Origin: Octopus bimaculoides
Taxonomy: Eukaryota
DNA: 64,000 bases
Direction: 5' to 3'
Assembly (NCBI RefSeq): GCF_001194135.2
Contig: NC_068990.1
Location: 78,503,141-78,567,140, forward strand
The notes beneath the pieces are model-generated. The model did not search any database, was not told the DNA's origin, and worked only from the letters and a program-made list of their open reading frames with translations. Position 1 is the first letter of the stretch. Each line of letters starts with the position of its first letter. The position numbers and the translations under genes were made by a program. Below, one piece after another: positions 1 through 12,999 of this stretch.

Positions 1-1077
1 CAACAAAACTATGCAAAACCTGCAACTGGAGTAGAGAAGCTGGAGATAACCTTTTTACTGACTGTTTTAATTGTTAATTTTATTTTGTGCATTTGTGAAT
101 GGTAAAGTCATTGCTTATAGGTTTCCCTGAGGCCAAGTGATGTATTTAACTTATCTGAATAAACACCAGAAAGTAGGAAATGAAACATGGATCTATTAGT
201 AATACATTGGTGATGCAAACTGCACCTACACACACACAAAACAAACCAACACAAAGGTATATCTACATGATGGATTTCTACAGTTTCCATCAGATTCATT
301 TCACAAGGCATTAATTTGTGGTTATAATAAAAGTCATTTACCCAAGGTTGCTAAACAATGGGATTGAACCAACAATCACATAGCTGCAAAGTGACATTGT
401 TAATTACATAGCTAAGCCTTCAGCTTCCTTATATCCATTGGGTGGCTGATACCCACAACACTGCAGGCTGTCCACCTCTACTTTTGGCAATTATAGATGC
501 ATATTTGAACACAGATGTAAATAAAAATGTTTGTATGCGTGCATATATAATATACACACGCACAAATTATTTGCAGTGATAATACTATGTATAGTATTAT
601 AAGTAGCAGTTGAAGTCTAAGTACACATATGAGTGTGTGAATGTACGAGTACGAGTGAATGTGTTCAAGAGCTGGCGTAAGAGTTTGAGTGAGAGCAGAA
701 GTGAACTCATGCAGATGTGAGTGCATGCAGAAGTGAACATGTGCAGATGTAGACATGTGCAATATTAGTGATTGTATGTGTGGATAATAACAACTGCATG
801 GATGTAGTGTTTATTAATTAGACCATTCGTAATCAATTTCTGGTCTTTGGGTTTTATTGGTGCCATATTCCTGTCTGGTTTGTCTTTGACTGAAGTTAAG
901 TAAGCTTTATAGTTTATAAGTATATCGTTATTGCTAATAGTGCCAATTATTGTCGTGTATGAAGAAGCAAGCACAAGGTGAGCATGACATAGAGTCAGGC
1001 ATGGATAAAGGAAGTGAAAATATACAAACAATAAGAGTAATAGCAGTAGTAGTAGTAGTAGTAGTTATAAAACAGTG

Positions 1078-1109
<32 letters not shown>

Positions 1110-2619
1110 CAAGTGATCAGTGCATGCAACAATAGCAGTCATTGTATGTGTATGCATGCCTGCTTCTTGCCTGTTTTCACATGCACCAATCTTTATAAAA
1201 GTAGTAAGTGGAGAGCTGTAGCAGAATGTTGCAGAAAGCCATGTAAGCGTGAGATTCAAGTGCATTGAAGAAGATGCAGCATTGGTAGGTTTGAGTAATA
1301 GACGGAACATTGCACTGCTATACATATTCACATGGAGAGAAGGGGGGGGGAAACAACCTTCTACACAGATTATTACTATTACATACAGTAACATTCTTCT
1401 TCTTCTTCATCTTATTGTTATTAGCATTATTATTATTATTAATATTGACATATTGTAACATTAATGTCTTATTGATTATTGACAACATGCTGTTGTCACA
1501 GACCTTATTGTAGGAACTTGTGACAAGGACGGGTAATATTGGCCATAACTCTGGCAATGAATAGACAGGGAGGGAGATGTGCAAAGAGTAATATGGTTTA
1601 TATAAACTTCGGAAGCTGAAAGTCAAGTGTTTGGTGATAATAGATGAAAGGGCTGATTGAGGATTGAGCAGAATGCTTGCATGTAACATCTGCTATGTGG
1701 GGGAACAAGAAATAAATAGAAACTAACTGAAAAAAAAAAAAAAAAAATACTACATAATATGAAACTGGCTGCTATAAAGCATCATAAAGACCATTACTGT
1801 TTCTTTATCACACTGAAACTTTATCATATTGACAATCTAGAATAAGAAATGAGATAAGTTTTTAGTTTCAAATTATAGAAAAAAAAAACAAAAAAAAACA
1901 TATCTTAAAAAAGTTCTCTTCTCTAAAACTCAGAAGTGTTTTGGTATTGTTGCATGATGTAAGAAAAATTGATTTTAAATATCTGGGAGCAATCTATATA
2001 AATTATATATAAAGTGCTCGTTTTTAAGTCCACTTTTCCATGTTGATAAAGGTGGAATGTGACTTTTTTGAGGAAGTTGTGTTGCAACCAGATGCTCTTC
2101 ATAACACCAGCCCTTTTGCTCATTTCTTATAATGTGCAAGCTCATAAGGTGTGCTTATTCTATAAAACTGAGATACACAGACATATGTGTGTGTGTGTGT
2201 GTGGGGGGGGAGTCTAATTTGCTACACAAATTCACACCCAACCATATAGTATTTGGAGATGAAGCATACAGTGAGACAGTTCTTTATAGAATTACAAACA
2301 GGATACACACTGTTGGATTTGTTGGCAAAAGTGTATTTTGTATTAGTTTTATAGCACTCTTTATGAAGTGATGGTACCTACATCATTCTAGCCACAAATT
2401 ATGCTGTTTCCTTTCCATTGAAAAGCCAGGCATGTCTATTCTTACATATTAGCTGTTCATATATGAAGAAACTTGAGTACCATGAGCATGAAACATTTCA
2501 ATGACAAATTGTATTTTGCTGAAATCTTTGAAATTATTTATTGTATTTTTTTGGCTTTTATGAGTTTAGGAAATAATGTTAAAACTTTTCTCTACTGTCA
2601 GGTGCTTTCAACCTGAAAA

Positions 2620-5103
2620 AGATTTCAAAATATTTTGGTATTTTGCTTATTTTTAAAGTGTTCTGGGAAGGTAACAGTGATGGGGTAGGTGGGGTGGACA
2701 TACTTCTTGCAGAGAAATAGGTTGATAAGGTCATAGAGGTAGTCAGAGTGTGTGATGGAGTACTTAAGCTCAGGCTAGTTTTTCAGAATAGTAGAGCGAC
2801 AATTGTCTCTACCTATGCCCCCTAAGTGGGTCTACCAAATGAAAAAAGGATCGCATTTATGATATTCTTCTGCAGGCTACCTCAAAGACAGCAATCTGGT
2901 ATCTTCCATGGTGTCCATGGGGACCATGGAATTGGTTCTCAAAACAAAGAGGGAACAAAGCTACTGGAGTTTTGTGATGCAAATACCCTATCGATTTGCA
3001 ACACCTACTTGATAACCCATCAATTAGGTGACCATCAATTAGCCAGATTGATAACATTCTCACCACACAGCGAGATACATGGTGGCTCATAAACACAAAA
3101 ACCTTCCCTGGTGAAGAATGTACCCCCCCCCCACCCAGCATAGACTATTTATTAGTGACTTTAGACTTTAGGCTAGAAAGGCATCATGAAGAAGAACAGT
3201 CAGGAAAAGAAGGATCTGGAAGCTTAAGGATCCTCTGTATAGTTAGAGATTTAGGGATACCCTAATTGAGAAATTTGATTAGAAGGAGGAGGAGGAACTA
3301 CAGACTTGTAACGTAGAGGACAACTTGGAATTCCTTCAGGACAGCTTGCTGAGTGTCACAGACCAAATCTGCAGCTGGACTGAGGGAGACATGGTGGTGG
3401 AATGATACTGTAGACAAAGCTATTAAAGCAAAGAAACAGGACTGGAAGTGTTGGGGTAGCAGGGAATTGTATCAGATAGCCAGAAGGGAAGCTAAGAAGC
3501 AGGTACATTTAGCCAGGGAAATAGTAGAAAAGCAGAAGTCTGAGATATGAGGACCAGAGACTTGAAGTGCTTTAGATTGCAAAGACAGTATGTGAGAGAA
3601 AATCGTGATGTCATAGGAAAGAAATGTGCCCCAAGGCTGATGGTTCACTTGCATTTAATGATTTTGCAAAAAAAGAGGCTTAGAATCGCCATTATGAAAG
3701 GCTGGATGAAGAGAATGAATGGGAGAAGGAGAGTCTGCCAAATGTTGACACAAGTAAGGGACCAGATATCTGAATCAATAGTACCTTGGTAGATAAAGTA
3801 ATTAAGGATATGAAAGCAGGGAAAGTCCTTGGCCCATCAGGAATCACTGCTGAGATGCTTAAAATATCTGGCAGTCTTAGTAAGTGGGAGAGCAAACAAA
3901 TCACAAATCCCTTCAGGTAGGTGGCCCTGCTTGATCTGTAAGAAATGTGTAGGTAGAAATTCCATAAGATGTACCTGGTGTAAGCTATGGACACATAAGA
4001 GGTGCAGTATATCAGAAGGTTAACAGGGAAAATGATTTTTGTGTGTGGTAGGTACACAGGTAGACGCCATCAAATGCCAGGAGGGGGGGAACTAGAAGTA
4101 GTCAACAGTTTCCGTTGCCTAGGTAACCAAGTCAATAGCGGGAATGGATGCTCCGAGAGTGTAACTACTAGAATAAGAATAAGTTGGATAAAGTTCAGAG
4201 AGTTCCTACCTCTGTTGCTAACAAAGGGCCTCTCCCTCAGAGTGAAAGGCAGACTGTATGATGCCTGTGTGCAAACAGCCATGTCACACGGCAGTAAAAC
4301 ATGAGCTGTAACAGCTGTGGACATGTGTAGGCTTGAAAGAAATGTAGCTTGTATGCCTCACTGGATGTGTAATGTCAGTGTGCATGTACAGCAGAGTGTA
4401 AGCTGGGCATAAGAGGCATCAGATGTGGTGTACAAGAGAGACGAGTGCATTGGTATAGTCATGTGATGCATATGGATGTGGACAGTTGTGTGATGAAGTG
4501 CCAATCTCTACCAGTGGAAGGAAGGTGTGGAAGAGGTAGACCCAGGAAGACATGGGACGAGGTGGTGAAGCATGATCTTCAAGTGTTGGGCCTCATGGAG
4601 GCAATGACTAAGTGACTGAGACCTTTGGCAATATGTTGTGCTTGAGAAAACCCCATCAAACCAAGTGAAATCATAGCTGTGGCTGTTGTTGGTGTTACAT
4701 AAAAAGCACCTCTCGAGCGCTGGGCCTCATGGAGGTAATGTGGCTGATGCTGGTGTCCCGTAAGTAGCACCTGTGCTGGTGGCAGGTAAAAAGCACCTTC
4801 TGAGTGTTTGGCTTCACAGAGGCAATGACAAATGAATTGCTTGAGAAGACCCATCATCAAACCAAGTGAAATTGTAGCCATGGCAGATATTGGTGTCACA
4901 CAAATGGCATCTGTGCCGGTGGCATGTAAAAGCACCCATTACACTCTGTGAAGTGGTTGATGATAGGAAGGGCATTCAGCCACAGAAACCATACCAAATC
5001 AAACCAGAGTCTGGTGCAGCCCCTCAGTTTACCAGCTCTAGTCAAACTGTCCAACCCATACCAGCATAGACAATGGATGCTAAATGATGATGATGATGAT
5101 GAT
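2620..5103 (+). mobile_element. Degenerate RTE-clade non-LTR retrotransposon (APE endonuclease, partial RT with large internal deletion, C-terminal region, 3' UTR, (ATG)n tail)
   Basis: Broken frames give RTE-like motifs: GVGGVDILLAEK..VDKV..TYAP (APE), RETWWWNDTVDKAIKAKK, GPSGITAEMLKIS, VNSFRCLGNQV..RISWIKFREFLPLLLTKGLSLRVKGRLYDACVQTAM, GRGRPRKTWDEVVKHDL. Many stops and frameshifts; ends in (gat)n near 5085-5103. Confidence 0.9.
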
Positions 5104-6148
5104 GTTCCAAATATTTAACGACTTAAATGACTTACTAATCAAATTAATCAATGAGCTAAATGATTTACTAATTAAAATTAGTGTGTGAGTGGCTGAGTAC
5201 CTCACAAACACATCTACTTTCAACATAGTGTGACAAGGTTGTTCCTTTATATTCCAGGTACAATTCATCCAATCAATTTCCGAACAGTTTCTGTCTCCCC
5301 AGTTTTACTCACAAAACTGCTGGAAGTTATTTAGTGGGGGGGGGGGAAAGAAAACCATTCAAAATGGATTCTGGATGTTATGCAGGCAGATTGCTCAAGA
5401 TTTTCTGATTGTAAAGTGCGGTACTTAACCATCTGCCACACCCTTGTCTATATCCATCGCTAGATATGGACGACTAGTATACTCTAGTAAGCAATACAAT
5501 TTCAAAATAAAATAAATTCCTCAACTGGAACCAAAACCACATTACATGATACTGCTCAGACTTTAGTCTTTAACTAAACTAGATATTTTAAAACAAAATT
5601 CTCCCACACAGAGTTGTTCATATAAGTTTCTTCTTTGGCAATTCTTAAGATATTACACTACTGAATGCTAGCATTGACAGCTCCATGCTTGAATTGCTTT
5701 CAGATAAGCAATCAGATAGCACAAGTGAGGACAGTAAGGAAGGCTTAGCTTAGCTATACCTACAAGGCTTGTTACACATGCACCAGATCTTTAGTCGTGT
5801 GATAATGAGAGAAATAAAAACGATCATGTTCATACCTTTGCTAGGAACATTAGTAACACAGAGGCAGCCAAACAATAAGTGAAATTGCATCAAAAACTGA
5901 GTTCTAAGAGAGATGACCACCACTACACACATACTACCTAATGGAAATAATCTGATTGTTCTGCTAAAGATTATGGTGAAACTGAATATGGAAGCAGCAT
6001 CAGCAGTAATGATGCTATTATCAGTGATCAACTATTATCAGAGTAAAAATGAATTAAACCAAATCGAATCCTTTCCTCACACTTTTGATTTGTGTGTGTG
6101 TGAGAGGGAGAGAGAGGGAGAGAGGGAGAGAGAGAGAGAGAGAGAGAG

Positions 6149-6211
6149 NNNNNNNNNNNNNNNNNNNNNNNNNNNNNNNNNNNNNNNNNNNNNNNNNNNN
6201 NNNNNNNNNNN
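6149..6211. other. Assembly gap inside a (GA)n microsatellite
   Basis: N-run flanked by (ga)n on both sides. Confidence 0.99.
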
Positions 6212-6260
<49 letters not shown>

Positions 6261-8423
6261 CTGATCATATTAGTGCATGTTAATCTTTAGAGAAATAGAA
6301 GAATGCTGCAACTCATTTGACTTTTGATGCAGCCATTCCGGAAGAGAATCAATGAATTTGATTCCCTTTAATTAAGGCAGTGTTAAATGACTGAGTGAAA
6401 GAGAATATTGGTAAGGTGACACAAATGCCAGGAAAACTTTGTTAAATACAAGAACTCTATTATTAGAATAATATTACACAGCTGCCTGCTGGCAAGATTC
6501 CAAACCAACAAACTTACCAATCATTTTACTTGTATTATTATTTTTTTCTATGTAAAAACAAAGTGACAGTTGACATAACATTGTTAAAAAAGCAGTTATT
6601 ATGGAAATAACCACAGATTACTTCAAATACAAAACTTTGTTTTGGTTTATTTGGTTCTTTTTAATCTGACCATTTTAACATTCCAGTACAGTTGGTTTCA
6701 TAAGACTGAAAATTCAGATATTTGTATAATTGATATTTTATAAGTGATTAATACCAGGAAACTCCCTACCACGTATCCTGATATCTAACAGATCAACCAA
6801 AAGTGTCATCTATTTCTTAAAAAGAAGTAACAAAGGCAAATAAACAATACCTTATTTCAACCAGAAACAGTAGAATCAAAAGACAAAGCTTCAAATAATA
6901 GTACCCCCTTTGAAATCCAATACTTCCATTTCATTTTAATATTGGTTTATACCAAAAGTACTTCCTAGATTCTTACTTGAACCTAGACACTCAAAAATAG
7001 TGTGTAGTAAAAGGCATCGGGTAGAACCAACTTCATTATTCAATTTAGAATGCAAACATATCATTATCAAGCCTTTGGCAGAAGTAGGGACTTTTGATTT
7101 CAGAGTTTCTTCAATTGCAAAGCTCATTAGCAACACTCGGTTCTACTAACTGATTATAAAGGATCAATTGTTAAAATATACATCAATAAATAAGTCATAC
7201 TTGATTCTAGATACTACTACTACTAAAAAAAAAAAGACAAAAAAGATCTTCCAGGGCAATCCTGTTACATAAAGGAATAACTAATGTGTATCAGCCATAA
7301 TCAATATTAATAAACAAGCAAATGTACTAATTAACCCATTCCTGAAATTTGATGTCAGTAAATCTGTAAAAGAAAGCCTTATCATCTTGTGTCAAAATTT
7401 CTACATTATGAATCATATTCTTTTAATGGCAGAGCAACAGCTTCTGTTAGATTTGTATCTAGTTTTGTATGTATCTCCACCACTACTTTCCAAACTGTAT
7501 GTCTAGCTTCTACTAGACAATGAAATGAGAAACCATTCAATCACATTATATAACTGGTACTGTTGATATGACTACCAGAACACAACACATTTTTTTTTTA
7601 TGCCAGAATCAACAAGTTAAGAAGTATGAGGATTAAGATAAAGAATTAACCTGGGCTAGCAGTGATTGGTGGCCTCTCTGCAGGCTATTCAAATTACAAT
7701 AGCAATAGCAACTAAAGTTCTCCTTCCAATCACATAGCTCCTTCATACCATTTCAAAAATGGACCAACACATTGGGTAAAAGTTGTCCTAGATACACTGT
7801 ACTTGAAAATATGATGTGATAATTACTGCTCAGACACTTTTGATCATAGATCTCCTGGACTAATGCTGACCTGGGGGCTAAACAACAGAAAGTCCTCATT
7901 TTATCTTTAACACAAAAATAGGTGAAAAGCAAAGATGAGCCAAGCAGAACATAAAAGTTGGAACCTGGCGAATACACAACTAGAAATTGTATGAAACTGC
8001 ACATGAATGTGCTTCTTTGCTATTACTGTGCCAAATACATTGTGTTGAAATGAAATACAAACTGACAGGTAAAGTGCAAATATCTATCAGAGTAATGAAG
8101 TATGCCAAAGTCAGGATCTGAAGCAAAGTTATTGATCTCTTGTAGAAACCAAGATCTCATGAATGTGTGGTGTGGTGTGTGGTGTGTGTGTGTGTGTGTG
8201 TGTATACATATATATATATATAGAATAGAAGTCAAATCAGCCTGCTGAATAATTTCAAATAGTTGACTTAAATAGAGCTTGAAAAAGATTCCATCAAATA
8301 AGAACATCACCAGCTCCCCCACCCATGTTTGCCGCTTTTACATTTCACAGAGATCTATAACAACCCTAAACCATCATTCAAAGCGTCAGAAGAATCCAGA
8401 AAACAAGCCAACCACCTGAGAAG

Positions 8424-9252
8424 NNNNNNNNNNNNNNNNNNNNNNNNNNNNNNNNNNNNNNNNNNNNNNNNNNNNNNNNNNNNNNNNNNNNNNNNNNNNN
8501 NNNNNNNNNNNNNNNNNNNNNNNNNNNNNNNNNNNNNNNNNNNNNNNNNNNNNNNNNNNNNNNNNNNNNNNNNNNNNNNNNNNNNNNNNNNNNNNNNNNN
8601 NNNNNNNNNNNNNNNNNNNNNNNNNNNNNNNNNNNNNNNNNNNNNNNNNNNNNNNNNNNNNNNNNNNNNNNNNNNNNNNNNNNNNNNNNNNNNNNNNNNN
8701 NNNNNNNNNNNNNNNNNNNNNNNNNNNNNNNNNNNNNNNNNNNNNNNNNNNNNNNNNNNNNNNNNNNNNNNNNNNNNNNNNNNNNNNNNNNNNNNNNNNN
8801 NNNNNNNNNNNNNNNNNNNNNNNNNNNNNNNNNNNNNNNNNNNNNNNNNNNNNNNNNNNNNNNNNNNNNNNNNNNNNNNNNNNNNNNNNNNNNNNNNNNN
8901 NNNNNNNNNNNNNNNNNNNNNNNNNNNNNNNNNNNNNNNNNNNNNNNNNNNNNNNNNNNNNNNNNNNNNNNNNNNNNNNNNNNNNNNNNNNNNNNNNNNN
9001 NNNNNNNNNNNNNNNNNNNNNNNNNNNNNNNNNNNNNNNNNNNNNNNNNNNNNNNNNNNNNNNNNNNNNNNNNNNNNNNNNNNNNNNNNNNNNNNNNNNN
9101 NNNNNNNNNNNNNNNNNNNNNNNNNNNNNNNNNNNNNNNNNNNNNNNNNNNNNNNNNNNNNNNNNNNNNNNNNNNNNNNNNNNNNNNNNNNNNNNNNNNN
9201 NNNNNNNNNNNNNNNNNNNNNNNNNNNNNNNNNNNNNNNNNNNNNNNNNNNN
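8424..9252. other. Assembly gap
   Basis: 829 N; the long ORFs called across it are artefacts. Confidence 0.99.
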
Positions 9253-10374
9253 TTATTGTCACCGATAATTGATTAAAAGTATTTTATTAAATGTAACTTA
9301 ATATTTGGTGGTGGAGAGGGCTGACTATAAATGGTGACACAGTAGTGACATAGTATAAATGATGACTTTGGTGGTGGTGGTGGTGGTGATGATAATGATG
9401 TTGCTTCTGATTATATCGATATGCTACAGCTGCTGCTATTAGTAACTGTGGTGTGATGGTGATGTTAGTGATGTTAGAGTGAGATAATTGCCATTGTGGC
9501 TGCAGGGAATTATATTTTAAATAATGTTCCGGTTTTATACTAACAAAAAATTTAAATCTCAAATTGCATGATATTGAAAGGTTTATTCACTGGACACAGA
9601 CATAAGAGTGTGATGATGATGATGATGATGATGATGTTTGTAGTTTGACATAAGAACAGAAGTGTGTGTAGAGTCCCAAACTCTAATAATAATATGTATG
9701 TGCTTTTGAAGTTTCTAAAAGATCAGTACTTCAAAAACAAACTCTACTAGTGAACCAAACTAATATCATCAATAGATTAATGCAAGCATCACTTGTATTG
9801 CTACTTTCTTCTATTCACTGAGGATCATTGATATCCACTCATATACCAACATGAAATTCCAATTCCAATGATATTGAATTCAGATCCACTGTAAAATGTT
9901 TCATTGTATTGGCGTGATATTGCCTTAATATGAAATATTGTGACTATATTTTATAGAAAGCTAAAAATACTGGAATTGATGGTATAAATTAGGTTTTCGT
10001 TAGTAACATCATGTTATTTGTTGTAAGCATCTGAAAAACTAATTTGTTGAAACTATATCTCAATACTTTTCAGTTTTAATTCATCTTCTGATACTGCAAA
10101 ACTATGCACCTTATGTGCATGTCTGGATGCAGGTTATGTTAATTTGCCCAAACTAATCTTGGTAAACCTGCCTTAGATGCTACTCATTAAAATGAGCCAC
10201 TTTACAAATCAAAGTAGATATTTACACTAACGACCCCAGTTTCATATCTTCTGCCTTCAAATAATGTTTGGATAGGGTTATGGTATTAAGTTCTAATCTT
10301 TTGATGACTCAAAAGCAAGGAGTGTTTGGCTACATTTGACAATGTATTGAACATTGTTTCTCTATTTGAGAGAA

Positions 10375-10600
10375 GCATCATCATCATCATTTAACATCTG
10401 CTTTCCATGCTGGCATGGGTTAGATGGTTTGACAAGAGTTGTTAGTAAGCCAGAGGACAGCACCAGCTCTATTGTCTGCTTTGGAGTGGTTTCTGTGGCT
10501 GGATTCCCTTCCCAATGCCAACCACTTCACAGTGTGGACTGGATGCTTTTTACATAACACCAGCACTGGCAAGGTTACCAAGTAACTTGCCCCCTCAACT
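10375..10600 (-). mobile_element. RTE-related 3' end / SINE fragment with (CAT)n tail
   Basis: catcatcatttaacatctgctttccatgctggcatggg is the reverse complement of the RTE 3' terminus at 5050-5100 and 36620-36680; same tail recurs near 16490, 34865, 51215, 56680 and 63325. Confidence 0.8.
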
Positions 10601-10605
10601 GGGAG

Positions 10606-10710
10606 GGGAATGGCATTGAGGGGAATGGCATTGAGTGGAATGGCATTGAGTGGAATGGCATTGAGGGGAATGGCATTGAGGGGAATGGCATTGAGGGGAA
10701 TGGCATTGAG
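10606..10710. repeat. 15-bp minisatellite (KGGAATGGCATTGAG) x7
   Basis: Seven contiguous near-identical units counted directly. Confidence 0.97.
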
Positions 10711-10974
10711 AGAGGTGACTGTGTACCAGGTGGTGAGAATTTACAAGTATGGTAGACGGATAGAAGTAAGTGTGTTGATGTAGAAGAGACATGTGGCTAC
10801 CCCAGTCAAAAAAGAAAGGAGGAAGAGAGAATGGAGAGAAAGAGAAGAGACAGTTAGAGAAAGAGAGAGAGAGAGAAAGGAGGGGAAAGAGTTAGAGAGA
10901 GAGGGTGATGGTGGTGGTGATGGTGGTGGTGGTGGTGATGTGTTGAGACATATCCCAAGGTACAGCTGGGACTG

Positions 10975-11390
10975 AATATAAATAGTACAGATGACTGGAC
11001 AAGGTGAGTGAGCACAGGGGGAATAGAGGGGTAATTCTCATAAGAGTGAGAAGAGAGATGATTAGAGCTAGAGTAGAGGTGACTGTAGCGAGTGATGGTT
11101 CGAGATATAGGAGTAAGTGAAGCGAGTTATGGTAGAAAAGTGAGCACATTTCGACTGATAGCAGATAAAGAGGAGTTAAAGATGGAATATAGCAGAGGAG
11201 AGAGAGCAAGTGCTGAAGGCAGAGAGAGGTGATTGGTGGAAATAGTGGTCAGGGAGGATGAGAAATGAAAGTTGTTCTGGGGGAAGAAGTACCTATTCTA
11301 CTCGCGGATAAATGCCACAGATAGAGAAGTGATGAGTATTTAGGGGATGCGATGTAAGGGAATTGCACATACAAACATTACCAAGGTAGT
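10975..11390 (-). mobile_element. Probable decayed L2/Crack-like LINE 3' fragment
   Basis: Purine-rich plus strand; minus strand loosely resembles the C-terminal region of the LINE family seen at 56235-57425. Weak similarity only. Confidence 0.35.
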
Positions 11391-12665
11391 TTTTATGATA
11401 ACATTTCTGCTGTGGTGGACAAGTCTTCTTGAGTACAACAAAAAATGACAACCATCTTGGTCCTTTGTCATCTCCTCCATAAGGCTCAGTATTTTAAGAT
11501 CAGCCTTCATCCCATGGCTTCCTGGGAGACATGGGATGAAGTTCCATCCACTTTAAGTGATTGGCAACTGTCTTCATCCATAACACATCATATGATGAAA
11601 CCATGCAGTTTTCTCTCTTGCACATGCCTAACTTTTCTTAAGCATAGAAAAGAGTGTAAAGTTGATCAAATCAACATCAGTTTTTTATAAATCTCTACCA
11701 CACAGCAGTAATTTGTCTTTACTCTCTACACTTCTTATATGGACAGAAACACTTAAATATTAGTTTGCAAATGGAATTGAGGATAATTATAACTTTGATA
11801 GGTTTCAGCAAGTATAGGCCCAAGCCATGTCTAACTTAATAGCACCACCTGGTGATATTCATGCATTACCAACTGGAAAATTAAATTGGGATATTATCAA
11901 GATGGATATTGTCTTTAAAACTTTTGTTACACCATAGAATGTAAGTTAACTGAAGGCCAGGCAAATAGGGAGAACAGTCTAACAATTAACAATACAGATA
12001 ACTAAAGCTTACAAGTTAAAACTTTACCAACAGACCATACCAAATTATCAACAAATCTGTGCATCAATACTTCAAAATTGAAGTTGGGGTTGGCTAATAT
12101 TAGCAGAGAGGATCCTTGATAAAGAATATAAGAGATGATAATCTGCTCTGATAGGGAATCAACATTTCCAACTGCCAGTGTGTATTAATCTTCCCAATTT
12201 AAAAGATTTTTAACAAAACGGTATACTTGAAATACAATTGAACTAGTTAAAGGTGAGGGCCAACTAATAGAACCAGAGGAAACAGAAGTTATTTGTATGT
12301 AACTAAAAACCCATTTTCAAAAAACTCTGAAAAAGTAATTGAAGTGATATAATGTGGGAAGAAATAGAGGAATTGATTTTGAAACTAAGAAAAATCAGAA
12401 GTATCAACTCAATATTGTGGATGGATAAGTGTGACGTAGATTTAAGGTAATTTTGACACAAAAACAACAATTTGAAAGGAATATATTTCTATTCCAAAAG
12501 ACTGATGGTCATTTTATATAGTGAGCTCAGGTTGTATAGTGCAATCAGTTTATATACACAAGTTATGATTGGGAGAATGGCTAGAGACCAGATACTCATT
12601 CGCTCAGAAAACGCAACATTGAATTATTGAATCCATTCAACATAAAATAGATATTAAATCGATGG

Positions 12666-12718
<53 letters not shown>

Positions 12719-12833
12719 TACTGAGTTTGGATGTCAACAGTTGTGCCATAAAGTTAAGTCAGCAGCCAGAACTGATAAGAAATCCATATCAAACAGATGT
12801 CTGACACGGGAGATATCCATATGGTTCTTTTAC

Positions 12834-12999
12834 CTGAAGCCACCATATCTAGGAAAGAGCAACCAATTCCCAATGGTTTGATAGCAATTAATTTTAGGAA
12901 GATGTATATCCAGCTCCATACCCATGCAAGTGAATTGCCATAAAGGGATAATAAAATAGAAATATATGTAAATTGAAAGAAACCCAAACTAATGAAACC
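12834..12999 (-). CDS. Candidate internal exon encoding a hydrophobic segment (GFISLGFFQFTYISILLSLYGNSLAWVWSWIYIFLKLIAIKPLGIGCSFLDMVAS)
   Basis: Acceptor atttattttag|G, donor CAG|gtaaaa, 166 nt open in phase 0. No homology recognised; may be the antisense of a decayed LINE. Confidence 0.25.

Noticed and set aside
2210-2380. HIVFGDEAY motif resembling a Tc1/mariner catalytic region
   Set aside because: A single short motif with no TIRs or further DDE/D residues.
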